Shown: in pieces, positions 20,422-29,656 of the stretch
How the letters are laid out: each line of letters begins with the position of its first letter
Numbering within the stretch: the stretch's first letter is position 1
NCBI GenBank assembly: GCA_016000045.1
Contig: JAECQY010000002.1
Span: forward strand, 95,777 to 159,776
Source of the DNA: Myxococcaceae bacterium
GTDB taxonomy: Bacteria; Myxococcota; UBA727; JABDBI01
Reading direction: 5' to 3'
Length of the DNA stretch: 64,000 nt
Program-made: the position numbers and the translations under genes
The notes under the pieces: generated by a model
Seen by the model: the letters and a program-made list of their open reading frames with translations, nothing else
Databases searched by the model: none
Told to the model about the DNA's origin: nothing

Positions 20422-21923
20422 GCAGAGACGAGAATTCCCTCTTGCTGTTTCATCCAGGCTTTTTGAGTGAAGTCGGCTTCAAATCGGTCGGCTTTATTCA
20501 CCACCAAAAGCTTGGGTTTATCGGATAGGCCCAGCGTATCGATCAAATCGTTGACCACTCGAACGTGTTGTGGGGCTTCAGGATCCGAGCCATCCACCAC
20601 GTGGAGCAACAAATCGGCTTCCTGCAGTTCTTCAAGCGTTGCACGAAAGGCGTTAATCAGTCCCTGAGGAAGATCTCGAATGAAACCAACCGTATCAATC
20701 AAAATAATTTCGCGACCATTCGGTAGCCACCGTTTTCGGGAAGTGGTGTCGAGCGTCACAAACAAAGCGTTTTCTGCATCAATATCGGATTGGGTCAAAC
20801 GATTCATCAAAGTCGATTTTCCCGCGTTGGTATAACCCACCAAAGATACAACTGGAAAATGCTTATTCTGACGACCTTGGCGAGTCCGTTCTCGTTGTTC
20901 ACAGAGCTTATCAATCTCTCGTTCGAGTTTTGCCACTCGATCTTTCACGCGCCGCCGATCGAGTTCCAGTTTGGTCTCACCAGGGCCCACTCCACCAATT
21001 CCTCCAGTTAAGCGAGATAAGCCACTGTGCTTCTTGGCAAGTCTTGGAAGCGAATATTGAAGCTGCGCAAGCTCAACCTGAAGCTTTCCGGATCGAGATT
21101 TGGCGCGTTGCGCAAAGATATCCAAAATCAACATCGTACGATCGAGGATCTTTAAGTCCGTCGCTTCGGTAATCGCATTGAGTTGCGAGGGTGTCAGATC
21201 GCGATCAAAAATCAACATTTCCGCACCCAAATGCAAAGCATTCAGACACAGCTCTTCCAACTTTCCGCTGCCAACAATCGTGCGTGGATCTAGGACCCTG
21301 CGCTGTTGAATGACTGTATCCAGAATCTGAACTTGAGCGGTTTTAGCCAATTCTTGAAGCTCATTCATCGAAGCTTGCCATTGCTCTCTAGGGGTTGCGT
21401 AAACTCCAACGAGCACGGCTTTTTCACGGGCACCATAGGCAACTTTTGGGCTGCTCTTCAGCAAAGATGCCTCAAGCTCAGCAATCAATTCGGAAAAATG
21501 AAAATCGATGGCCTTGAAGCTTGAATAGGATTCAATCTGACAATGAATGCTGGGTGAAAGCGTTCCCAGGACACAGCGACCGGCAGTCCCATCTGGCAAT
21601 CCTTCAATTTGAAGCACTAAATCCAGTTGGAGCTTCTCAAGATCCATCCTAAAATCTCGATCCAACGGGTAAGTCGCTTGTGTCGAACGTCTTGGCTTGA
21701 CAACCACCAAGCGAACCCCTCTCAAACGAGAAGACGAGGCCCTAGAGCGACCGATGTCCGGCAGGTATAATCTTGAACCGTCCCCCAGAATGACCGAAGT
21801 CACGCTGCCTTTACGATCAATCAGCACGCCCAACAATCGATTGAGTTCAGCGGCCTGACGACATAAGGTTCTCACCAAATCAGCACTAGCCACCTCTCCA
21901 TCGCCAACGAAGCAGGCATACAC
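20370..21923 (-). CDS. hflX: GTPase HflX
   Basis: HflX N-domain followed by a G-domain with 'GYTNAGKSTLMN','DTVGF','NKAD'. 517 aa with a long N-terminal extension. Confidence 0.8.
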   Translation of the reverse strand: MYACFVGDGEVASADLVRTLCRQAAELNRLLGVLIDRKGSVTSVILGDGSRLYLPDIGRSRASSSRLRGVRLVVVKPRRSTQATYPLDRDFRMDLEKLQLDLVLQIEGLPDGTAGRCVLGTLSPSIHCQIESYSSFKAIDFHFSELIAELEASLLKSSPKVAYGAREKAVLVGVYATPREQWQASMNELQELAKTAQVQILDTVIQQRRVLDPRTIVGSGKLEELCLNALHLGAEMLIFDRDLTPSQLNAITEATDLKILDRTMLILDIFAQRAKSRSGKLQVELAQLQYSLPRLAKKHSGLSRLTGGIGGVGPGETKLELDRRRVKDRVAKLEREIDKLCEQRERTRQGRQNKHFPVVSLVGYTNAGKSTLMNRLTQSDIDAENALFVTLDTTSRKRWLPNGREIILIDTVGFIRDLPQGLINAFRATLEELQEADLLLHVVDGSDPEAPQHVRVVNDLIDTLGLSDKPKLLVVNKADRFEADFTQKAWMKQQEGILVSAQTGFGLSDLLENLLSL

Positions 21924-21982
21924 AGCTTCGAGGGCGTGGATTTGAGAGGCTTTAAGCCCTGATGTCTTACCGAAAATCGAGT

Positions 21983-22219
21983 TCAGACTGGCGTCCCAAC
22001 CTGAAGCATTTCTTCACCTTCGCTATCCAGTTTGAGGAAACTGCGCATTTGCTGCAAAAGCTTTTGACGATCGACGGATTCCGACAAATCAAGCCGGTAT
22101 TCGTTGATGATTTTTGTCTGCATCTGCCGCCAAGCTTCCCAATCTTCCTGGGAAACCTTCGCAACAATTTCTTTTCCTAACGGACCTGCAAAAGGAGCTA
22201 CATCCATGGGTGTATTCAT
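21983..22219 (-). CDS. yggX: YggX-family Fe(2+)-trafficking / oxidative-damage protection protein
   Basis: 78 aa. 'G.LGK.I...S.E.WE.W...QT.IINE' pattern as in E. coli YggX. Confidence 0.65.
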   Translation of the reverse strand: MNTPMDVAPFAGPLGKEIVAKVSQEDWEAWRQMQTKIINEYRLDLSESVDRQKLLQQMRSFLKLDSEGEEMLQVGTPV

Positions 22220-22252
22220 AGACCGCCTACTCTATCGAATGAATTGAACAAA

Positions 22253-22993
22253 TCAATCACGGCTTCGCAATTTGGAAATTAAACGCAGCATCTCTAAGTA
22301 AAGCCAAACCAAGGTCACCATCAAGGCAAAAGCTCCAAACCACTCCATGTACTTTGGCGCTCCCTGACGAGCTCCACGCGCGATCAGGTCAAAATCTAAG
22401 ACCAAGTTCAAAGCAGCCACGCAAACCACGACTACGCTAAAACCGATTCCCACCAAGCCGTTCCCAAAAATACCGGGGATCTGGATGCCAAAAAAACCCA
22501 AGATCATCGAAGCGATGTAGAGAAACGCAATCCCTCCAGTGGCAGCCATCATCCCGATTCGAAAACGCTCATTGACCGCAATCATTCCTGTTCGATAGAT
22601 CAACAGCATGACCCCAAGAACGCCAAAAGTTCCCAGCATGGCTTGTAAGGCAATTCCTGGATACTGTACGTTGAACATGGCAGAAATTGCTCCAAGCAAC
22701 AAACCTTCGCACAGAGCGTACGCTGGAGCGGCCAAAGGAGCCCAATGCGGCCGGAAACTGATTGCCAAGGCCAAAATAAACCCGCCAATCATCCCTCCCC
22801 ACATGGGGATTCCCAAAGCATTCGCATTCTGAGCATGAACCAAACTCCACGGATACGCGGCGGCAGCCCCTGCTAAAGCTAAAAGAAATCCGGTTTTATT
22901 GACGGTCCCTTCCAAAGACATGCGATCATGGCTGAGATCATCCGATCCACTTTTTTGAAGTCCGCGAGCCAATACGGGATTGTTCGATTCCAT
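22253..22993 (-). CDS. Bax-inhibitor-1/YccA family membrane protein
   Basis: 246 aa, 7 predicted TM segments, BI-1-like C-terminal region. Confidence 0.7.
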   Translation of the reverse strand: MESNNPVLARGLQKSGSDDLSHDRMSLEGTVNKTGFLLALAGAAAAYPWSLVHAQNANALGIPMWGGMIGGFILALAISFRPHWAPLAAPAYALCEGLLLGAISAMFNVQYPGIALQAMLGTFGVLGVMLLIYRTGMIAVNERFRIGMMAATGGIAFLYIASMILGFFGIQIPGIFGNGLVGIGFSVVVVCVAALNLVLDFDLIARGARQGAPKYMEWFGAFALMVTLVWLYLEMLRLISKLRSRD

Positions 22994-23078
22994 TTGTTAA
23001 ATCCTCCAGTCCCTATTGTATAGACACCTTAAAGCAAATGACAAGACTCGGGCATTGCAGGCTCAGGCAACATAGGCC

Positions 23079-25358
23079 ATGGCTCTCGTCATGCGAAGCT
23101 GTCGCCACTGCCGTTTAGCTTACATACCTAAAAATCCAGAGGATCTATTTTGCTGCACCGGTTGCTGTTTTGCTTACCGCTTTTTAAACGAAGCAGGGCT
23201 CAGTCGCTTTTATGAATTAATGGATGGAACAGGATTCGCAGTTGGAAATAGCCCTCTTTTGTCTTTAGAACTGTTTGATTGGATCATCCCACGCACTCAG
23301 CCCATTGGATCCTTTGATACCCTCGAAGTTGACATCCAAGGCCTTCATTGCACAGCTTGCATCTGGCTCATCGAACAGCTTTTTCAAAAAGAGCCTGGCT
23401 GTGTTCAGGTTCGAATCAATTCCTCCATCGGCCGGATGCACTTGATTTATCAGAAGGGATTCGACCTCCGCCCCTTCTTGCTAAAACTCGCCCAAATTGG
23501 CTACCAAACTGCTCCGGCAAGCCAAGCCACCACGACGTCCAGCCCCTTTCTCTTCCGCTTTGCTATTTGCGCCGCTCTTTCCATGAACTCCATGGTCTTA
23601 TCCGCTTCGTTCTATTTCGGTTTGGCAACCGACAACAACCCTACGATCTATTCGGTTTTCTCTTGGACCAATTTGATTCTATCGCTTATCTGCTTGTGGG
23701 TCGGTGGGTCTGTTTTCTTCAAAAGTGCTTATCAAGCTTTGAAGCATGGCTTGATTCACTTGGATCTTCCGATTGCGCTCGGACTCTTTCTTGGGTTTTT
23801 AGGAAGCCTGATTTCGTTTTTTTCTGAATACCAGCAAGCCGTGTATTTTGACACGCTGAATATCTTTGTGACCTTCATGCTGCTTGGGCGAATTTTACAA
23901 AACCGAATGATTGAGCATAATCGAAGCCTTCTCTTGCGCGATAACTCCATCCAAAACCTATGCGTTCGAAAAATCACCGCAAGCGGCGTATCGCTCGTTC
24001 CAGCACAATCGCTCAATGCTTTCGATCGGATTCTCGTTGTCCCCGGCGAAGTACTCCCCTGCCAAGGCAAGCTCTTATCTTCCAGCGGCCATTTTTCTTT
24101 GGAGTGGATTCAAGGAGAGTCCACTCCTCATCTCTACCAACTCGGCGATTTACTGCCTGCAGGCGCCTTTCACATTGGCTCAAAAGCTCTGACTTTCGAA
24201 CTCAAGGAAGGCTTTCAGCAATCCCAGCTCGTCCCACTATTGGCCAATTCCAACCCGATTCATTCTAAAAATCAAGTACACTCTCCGTTATTTCCTCGCC
24301 TCAGCCGCTTTTATACCCTTGGGGTGATTTTGATCGCTTTGGCCGGATTCTTATGGTGGATTCCCAGCGGATTTCAACAAGCTTTAAACATCACCGTCGC
24401 TCTACTGGTTGTGACATGCCCCTGTGCCATCGGACTAGCGACTCCACTGGCTCTGGATTCAGCCATCGTGCACCTACGACGTTACGGTCTATACATTCGT
24501 AATTCAGACTTCTTCATGCGAATCCGAAAGGTTCGTCACTGCTTCTTTGACAAGACCGGAACTCTGACGCTTGGCCACCTTTCGGTGGAAAACCCAGAAG
24601 CGATTTCTGAACTTAGTCCTGTGGAACGCAACGCACTCTTTCAGATGGTGGTCCGTTCCAATCACCCTAAGTCAAAAGCTTTACTAGGCTATCTGTCCGA
24701 ATCCATCGACCCTCAGGCTCAGGTTGAAGAAATCACCGGTGTCGGCATGCGCTACGGCGAATGGACATTGGACGATAGCTTCAAAAAAAGCGATCGGATT
24801 CTGGCTACTTTCCGCTTTGCTGAAACTCTCAAAGAAGATGTTCTGTCAGAGCTTGCAGAGCTACGAAAGCGAAAAATTCAAATCTACTTGCTCTCTGGCG
24901 ATCGAACTCACAAAGTCTCACAACTGGCTGAAAAGCTCGCCATTCCCGAATCGCATATTTGGGGAAACCTAAGCCCTGGTGAAAAAGCCGAAAAAATCCT
25001 GGCAATCGACCATCAAGATACCCTGATGATTGGAGACGGAATCAACGATTCACCTGCATTTGATACCGCTTATTGCGCAGGAACACCGGCCATCTTACAC
25101 CCCTCTATCCCTGGGAAAGCGGACTATTTTTACCTTGGAACAGGCCTCGGGCCACTCGGTTCCGTGCTTCGATTGGCTGATCATCTTCACCACGTGATTC
25201 ATCGAAATCTTCTTTACGCCCTTGGATACAATGTGCTAGCGATCACTCTAGCATTTTCTGGAGTCCTATCGCCTGTTTTTGCCGCCATTTTTATGCCACT
25301 CAGCTCCATTTCAATCATCGCAATCACACTCTTTTCTTTTCGGCAAAGCAAGGGATGA
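23079..25358 (+). CDS. ccoI: cbb3-oxidase-associated heavy-metal P1B-type ATPase (CcoI/FixI)
   Basis: Cys-rich N-terminus, 'CPC' transmembrane metal site (TCPCAIGLATP), 'DKTGTLT' phosphorylation motif, and 'GDGINDSPA' hinge. Confidence 0.85.
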   Translation: MALVMRSCRHCRLAYIPKNPEDLFCCTGCCFAYRFLNEAGLSRFYELMDGTGFAVGNSPLLSLELFDWIIPRTQPIGSFDTLEVDIQGLHCTACIWLIEQLFQKEPGCVQVRINSSIGRMHLIYQKGFDLRPFLLKLAQIGYQTAPASQATTTSSPFLFRFAICAALSMNSMVLSASFYFGLATDNNPTIYSVFSWTNLILSLICLWVGGSVFFKSAYQALKHGLIHLDLPIALGLFLGFLGSLISFFSEYQQAVYFDTLNIFVTFMLLGRILQNRMIEHNRSLLLRDNSIQNLCVRKITASGVSLVPAQSLNAFDRILVVPGEVLPCQGKLLSSSGHFSLEWIQGESTPHLYQLGDLLPAGAFHIGSKALTFELKEGFQQSQLVPLLANSNPIHSKNQVHSPLFPRLSRFYTLGVILIALAGFLWWIPSGFQQALNITVALLVVTCPCAIGLATPLALDSAIVHLRRYGLYIRNSDFFMRIRKVRHCFFDKTGTLTLGHLSVENPEAISELSPVERNALFQMVVRSNHPKSKALLGYLSESIDPQAQVEEITGVGMRYGEWTLDDSFKKSDRILATFRFAETLKEDVLSELAELRKRKIQIYLLSGDRTHKVSQLAEKLAIPESHIWGNLSPGEKAEKILAIDHQDTLMIGDGINDSPAFDTAYCAGTPAILHPSIPGKADYFYLGTGLGPLGSVLRLADHLHHVIHRNLLYALGYNVLAITLAFSGVLSPVFAAIFMPLSSISIIAITLFSFRQSKG

Positions 25359-25519
25359 TTGTCTTGCTGCTCACCTTTTTTGTTGGAATCGTATTGACTT
25401 TTGTTGGCATCCTTCTTTTCACCTACAGTTTCCAACAAGGCGATTACGACACCCTCGATTCACTTTCGCTGCTGCCCCTCCAGGAGGAAGAACATGAAGC
25501 AGGTCAAGATCACCTATAA
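25355..25519 (+). CDS. ccoS: cbb3 oxidase maturation protein CcoS (small single-TM protein), not in the supplied ORF track
   Basis: The start ATG overlaps the ccoI stop (ATGA). Translation 'MIVLLLTFFVGIVLTFVGILLFTYSFQQGDYDTLDSLSLLPLQEEEHEAGQDHL' is one TM segment plus a 'GxxDxL(D/E)' acidic tail, as in CcoS/FixS. Confidence 0.6.
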   Translation: MIVLLLTFFVGIVLTFVGILLFTYSFQQGDYDTLDSLSLLPLQEEEHEAGQDHL

Positions 25520-27605
25520 CGACTCGGTCGTACGTCAATTTATTTGGGCATCCCTGTTCTTTGGTCTTGTGGGCATGCTGGTCGGTGTTTTAATCGCTGC
25601 ACAGCTTGCTGATCCGAGAGCAAGCTTTGGATTATCCTGGCTTTCTTTCGGAAGAATACGCCCACTTCATACCAACGCAGTGATTTTTGCTTTTGTAGGC
25701 AATATGCTATTCGCTGGCATTTATTATTCTACCCAACGTCTGCTCAAGGCTCGACTTGCCAGCGACTTTCTTTCCAGTCTTCATTTTTGGGGGTGGCAGG
25801 CGATCATTGTTGCCGCAGCCCTTACATTGCCTCTTGGAATCACGCAGTCTAAAGAATACGCTGAGCTTGAATGGCCCATTGATTTGGCTGTGGTTGCTAT
25901 CTGGGTTGTTTTTGGAATCAACTTTTTCTGGACTTTGGCCAAGCGCCGCGAGAAGCATCTATACGTTGCGATTTGGTTTTACATCAGCACCATTATCACC
26001 ATCGCAGTGCTTTATGTTGTCAACAATTTGGCCATACCCGTCTCATGGACTAAGAGCTACTCCGTATTTGCAGGCGTTCAAGATGCCTTGGTCCAGTGGT
26101 GGTATGGGCACAACGCGGTTGCCTTTTTTTTGACCACCCCGATTTTGGGTATCATGTACTATTTTATTCCCAAAGCGGCCGAAAGACCGGTCTACTCTTA
26201 TCGCCTTTCGATGATTCATTTTTGGTCGCTCATCTTTCTCTATATTTGGGCCGGACCTCATCACCTTCTCAATAGCGCTCTTCCAGACTGGACTCAGTCT
26301 ATGGGAATGCTCTTCTCAGTCATGCTTTGGGCACCCTCTTGGGGCGGAATGATCAATGGTCTTTTGACCCTTCGCGGAGCTTGGAATAAACTTCGAACCG
26401 ATCCTGTGTTAAAATTCTTTATTGCGGCAGTCACTTTCTACGGAATGTCCACATTGGAAGGGCCTCTTCTTTCTATCAAAAGTATTTCTGCTCTTGCGCA
26501 CTACACCGACTGGGTTGTGGGACATGTGCACAGCGGGGCACTCGGTTGGAATGGGTTCATGGCGGCGGGGATGTTTTATTGGCTCGTGCCAAGATTGTAT
26601 TCGCGAGAGCTTTACAGCAAAGCGGCTGCGGATTTTCATTTTTGGATCGCTACGTTTGGCATTGTTTTGTACGTCATGGCGATGTGGGTAGGAGGCATCA
26701 CCCAAAGCTTGATGTGGCGTGCCATGACACCTGAAGGCTCTTTGCTCTACCCCAATTTTGTTGAGACCCTGGTTGCGATTCGCCCCATGTATTGGATGCG
26801 CCTTGTGGGCGGCAGCCTTTATCTGTTCGGTTTCGTACTCATGATTTGGAATCTGCTGATGACCATGTCCTTGGGCAAAGCCACGGATACCACCGTCACC
26901 GTCCTTGAAACCTTCCCCGAAGCAGCTCCGCGCTCCAACCTGATTTTTTCACCTAACGATCACCGATTTTTAGAAGGCAGGCCTTTGCTGTTCACTGGCT
27001 TAGTCACCCTAGCCATTCTTGCGGGCGGAATCGCAGAGCTTATCCCCACTATTTTATCCGAAACTCAAGCGGTTGATGGAAAATGGCCCATCCGGCCTTA
27101 CACAGCGCTGGAGCTACACGGACGCGATATCTACGTTCGAGAAGGGTGTTACAATTGCCACAGTCAAATGATCCGCCCCTTCCAGGATGAAGAAATGCGC
27201 TACGGTGCTCATGCAAAATTAACGGACTTCATCTTTGACCACCCCTTTCAATGGGGAAGCAAACGGACAGGCCCAGATTTGCAGAGAGTCGGGAAAAAAT
27301 ATCCGAACATCTGGCATTTTTACCATATGCAGGATCCACGAGCTATTTCACCTGGCTCGAACATGCCAAGCTATGACTGGCTTTCGGAACAAAAAGTCGA
27401 TTTTTCTCTTAGCCCCATCCAAATGAACGCCATGAAACACGTTGGGGTTCCTTACTCGGAAGCGGAAGTTTTGAATGCTGAAATCTCGGCTCAAAGCGAT
27501 GCCAAAGCTTTGGCCAATGCGCTTCAAGAAGAAGGGGCTTCTTTAGACTATGATGCTGAAATGATTGCTTTGATTGCCTATCTGCAATCACTCGGAACTC
27601 GCTAA
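25494..27605 (+). CDS. ccoN: cbb3-type cytochrome c oxidase subunits I and II, fused CcoN-CcoO
   Basis: 'MKQVKITYNDSVVR' CcoN start, a 12-TM heme-copper core, then a TM anchor and a monoheme 'CYNCHSQ' CcoO domain in the same frame. I took the start at the internal Met of ORF 25401-27605. Confidence 0.9.
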   Translation: MKQVKITYNDSVVRQFIWASLFFGLVGMLVGVLIAAQLADPRASFGLSWLSFGRIRPLHTNAVIFAFVGNMLFAGIYYSTQRLLKARLASDFLSSLHFWGWQAIIVAAALTLPLGITQSKEYAELEWPIDLAVVAIWVVFGINFFWTLAKRREKHLYVAIWFYISTIITIAVLYVVNNLAIPVSWTKSYSVFAGVQDALVQWWYGHNAVAFFLTTPILGIMYYFIPKAAERPVYSYRLSMIHFWSLIFLYIWAGPHHLLNSALPDWTQSMGMLFSVMLWAPSWGGMINGLLTLRGAWNKLRTDPVLKFFIAAVTFYGMSTLEGPLLSIKSISALAHYTDWVVGHVHSGALGWNGFMAAGMFYWLVPRLYSRELYSKAAADFHFWIATFGIVLYVMAMWVGGITQSLMWRAMTPEGSLLYPNFVETLVAIRPMYWMRLVGGSLYLFGFVLMIWNLLMTMSLGKATDTTVTVLETFPEAAPRSNLIFSPNDHRFLEGRPLLFTGLVTLAILAGGIAELIPTILSETQAVDGKWPIRPYTALELHGRDIYVREGCYNCHSQMIRPFQDEEMRYGAHAKLTDFIFDHPFQWGSKRTGPDLQRVGKKYPNIWHFYHMQDPRAISPGSNMPSYDWLSEQKVDFSLSPIQMNAMKHVGVPYSEAEVLNAEISAQSDAKALANALQEEGASLDYDAEMIALIAYLQSLGTR

Positions 27606-27779
27606 ATGTACCGAGAATTTTATGCGGATAGCTCCTTCTTATCTTATGCACTTGTCGCGTTTCTATTTTTCTTCGTTTTATTTATCGTCATCTTCATTCA
27701 AGTTCTGAGATCAAAAAGCGAACCGAGCCGATTCGATGCAATCGCTCACTTACCTTTGGAGGAGGATCCGAATGGCTGA
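27606..27779 (+). CDS. ccoQ: putative CcoQ small subunit, not in the supplied ORF track
   Basis: 57-aa single-TM ORF 'MYREFYADSSFLSYALVAFLFFFVLFIVIFIQVLRSKSEPSRFDAIAHLPLEEDPNG'. It lies exactly between the ccoNO stop and the ccoP start, and its stop overlaps the ccoP start. Confidence 0.45.
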   Translation: MYREFYADSSFLSYALVAFLFFFVLFIVIFIQVLRSKSEPSRFDAIAHLPLEEDPNG

Positions 27780-28338
27780 TGAAACCGAACGCGATCAAGA
27801 ACGGGATCACGATTACGATGGCATCCGAGAATACAACAACCCACTTCCACGTTGGTGGTTGCTGAGCTTCTTCTCCACCGTCGTATTTACCTTCGCGTAT
27901 TGGGGATATTACCATGTTCTAAACCTGGGTATGTTCCCAGATCAAGCACTGGTGCATCAAAACCAAATGACCGCAGAGCTCAAAGCCGCTGCAGCAGGGC
28001 ATGTTGACAATGCGCAGCTGATTTCGATGAGCCAAGATCCAGATATCGTTGCTGCTGGAAAAATCGTTTTTTTTCAAGCCTGCGTGGCTTGCCATGGTGA
28101 TCGAGGCCAAGGAGGCATTGGGCCTAACCTGACCGACCGTTATTGGATGCACGGTTCTAGCCCCATGGAAATTCGACACATCATTTCCCATGGAGTCGTT
28201 GAAAAAGGCATGACAGCTTGGAAGTCGGTGCTTAGCGAGCAAAAAATCAACGAGTTAGTCGCGTTTATTTTGACCCTCAAGAACACTGCGATACCCGGTA
28301 AAGCACCTCAAGGGGTCTTAGACCATGAAAAGCCCTGA
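27772..28338 (+). CDS. ccoP: cbb3 oxidase cytochrome c subunit CcoP, short monoheme form
   Basis: 'MADETERDQERD...NPLPRWW' TM anchor and a single 'CVACHGDRGQGG' heme site. The start is an internal Met overlapping the ccoQ stop. Confidence 0.75.
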   Translation: MADETERDQERDHDYDGIREYNNPLPRWWLLSFFSTVVFTFAYWGYYHVLNLGMFPDQALVHQNQMTAELKAAAAGHVDNAQLISMSQDPDIVAAGKIVFFQACVACHGDRGQGGIGPNLTDRYWMHGSSPMEIRHIISHGVVEKGMTAWKSVLSEQKINELVAFILTLKNTAIPGKAPQGVLDHEKP

Positions 28339-29656
28339 CAAAAAGCCGAACCTGGATCGTCTTTTTATTTTGGATCATCGAGGAAGCCGAAAGTACGTCT
28401 ATCCCGCAGATGTCTCAGGGTTTTATCAGCGCATCAAATCGGTTTTATTGAGCCTTCTGATGCTGGTCTATTTTGGTCTGCCTTGGGTAAAAATCGCAGG
28501 ACGGCCTGCGATTTTAATCGATATCAAGGCACGCCATTTCTACCTCTTGGGCCAAGTGTTCAATGCGCAAGATTTCTTTCTCGCATTTTTCCTAGCTTCT
28601 GGAGCCGCTTTTTTTCTGATTGTTCTCACGGCTTTTGTGGGTCGAATTTGGTGTGGCTGGCTGTGTCCTCAGACGGTCTTTGTTGAAGGAGTATTTCGGC
28701 GAATCGAGCGGTGGATTGAAGGCCCTGCTCATCAGCGTCAACGTCTCGCTCAGGCTCCTTGGACTGCTTCGAAGATTGTTCAAAAATTCTCAAAACATAT
28801 TATTTATATTTTCATATCAATTTTTACAAACTATACATTTTTAAAATATTTTAACGAAAATAAAAATATTATATTATATTTTTTAAGCATTTTTATTTAT
28901 TTTAATTTCTATTGGTTTCGAGAGCAGTTTTGCGTTATTCTGTGCCCTTACGGGCGCATGCAATCGGCCTTGCAAGATCGAGACACCATCCATATCAACT
29001 ACGATTCCAAACGCGGCGAGACTCGAGGCAAAGCTCGAGATACGACGGCAGGAGACTGCGTCGATTGCGGCCGCTGCATCGCGGTCTGCCCAACCGGCAT
29101 CGATATTCGCAATGGCCTTCAAATGGAGTGCCTTGAGTGCGCGAATTGCATCGATGCCTGCAATGCGATCATGAACAAATTGGGTCGACCTCTTGGCTTG
29201 ATTCGATACGATTCGCTGCGTGGACTTGAAACCGGAAAAAGGCGTTTTTTACGACCACGCATGGTCGGCTATGCTTTGGCAGGGATCGCCGGGCTAGCAA
29301 TCGCAACGACTCTTTGGCTGAAACGCCCCCCTTTCAATGCAAATCTTCTCAGAGTTCAAGGCATTCCCTTTACCCTCGAGCAAGGAATCATTCGAAATCA
29401 ATTTATGATCCACTTAACCAATAAGAACAACCATTCAGCCGTTTTTCAGTTGCAGAATGTCTCTGAAAACCGGGTCCAGGTTATTCTACCGCTGCAGACC
29501 CTCTCGTTGCAACCGCTCCAAAGCTTTCAGACGCCCGTCATTGTCGAACTCCCGATAAAAGCCTATGTTCGAGGCATGAAAACCCATATTCGTGTTTCGG
29601 ATTCTGTTTCGGGCCAGTCGCAAGTTCTTCAAGGGACTTTAATAGGACCTCTCTGA
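28325..29656 (+). CDS. ccoG: cbb3 oxidase accessory 4Fe-4S ferredoxin-type membrane protein CcoG
   Basis: 'CVDCGRCIAVCPTGIDIR' and 'CLECANCIDAC' ferredoxin motifs, with N-terminal TM helices. Confidence 0.8.
   Translation: MKSPDKKPNLDRLFILDHRGSRKYVYPADVSGFYQRIKSVLLSLLMLVYFGLPWVKIAGRPAILIDIKARHFYLLGQVFNAQDFFLAFFLASGAAFFLIVLTAFVGRIWCGWLCPQTVFVEGVFRRIERWIEGPAHQRQRLAQAPWTASKIVQKFSKHIIYIFISIFTNYTFLKYFNENKNIILYFLSIFIYFNFYWFREQFCVILCPYGRMQSALQDRDTIHINYDSKRGETRGKARDTTAGDCVDCGRCIAVCPTGIDIRNGLQMECLECANCIDACNAIMNKLGRPLGLIRYDSLRGLETGKRRFLRPRMVGYALAGIAGLAIATTLWLKRPPFNANLLRVQGIPFTLEQGIIRNQFMIHLTNKNNHSAVFQLQNVSENRVQVILPLQTLSLQPLQSFQTPVIVELPIKAYVRGMKTHIRVSDSVSGQSQVLQGTLIGPL

Noticed and set aside
23348-23827. 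159-aa plus-strand ORF in an alternative frame within ccoI, plus other internal ORFs (23756-24070, 23911-24268)
   Set aside because: They are contained in the P-type ATPase coding region, whose own frame shows all signature motifs.
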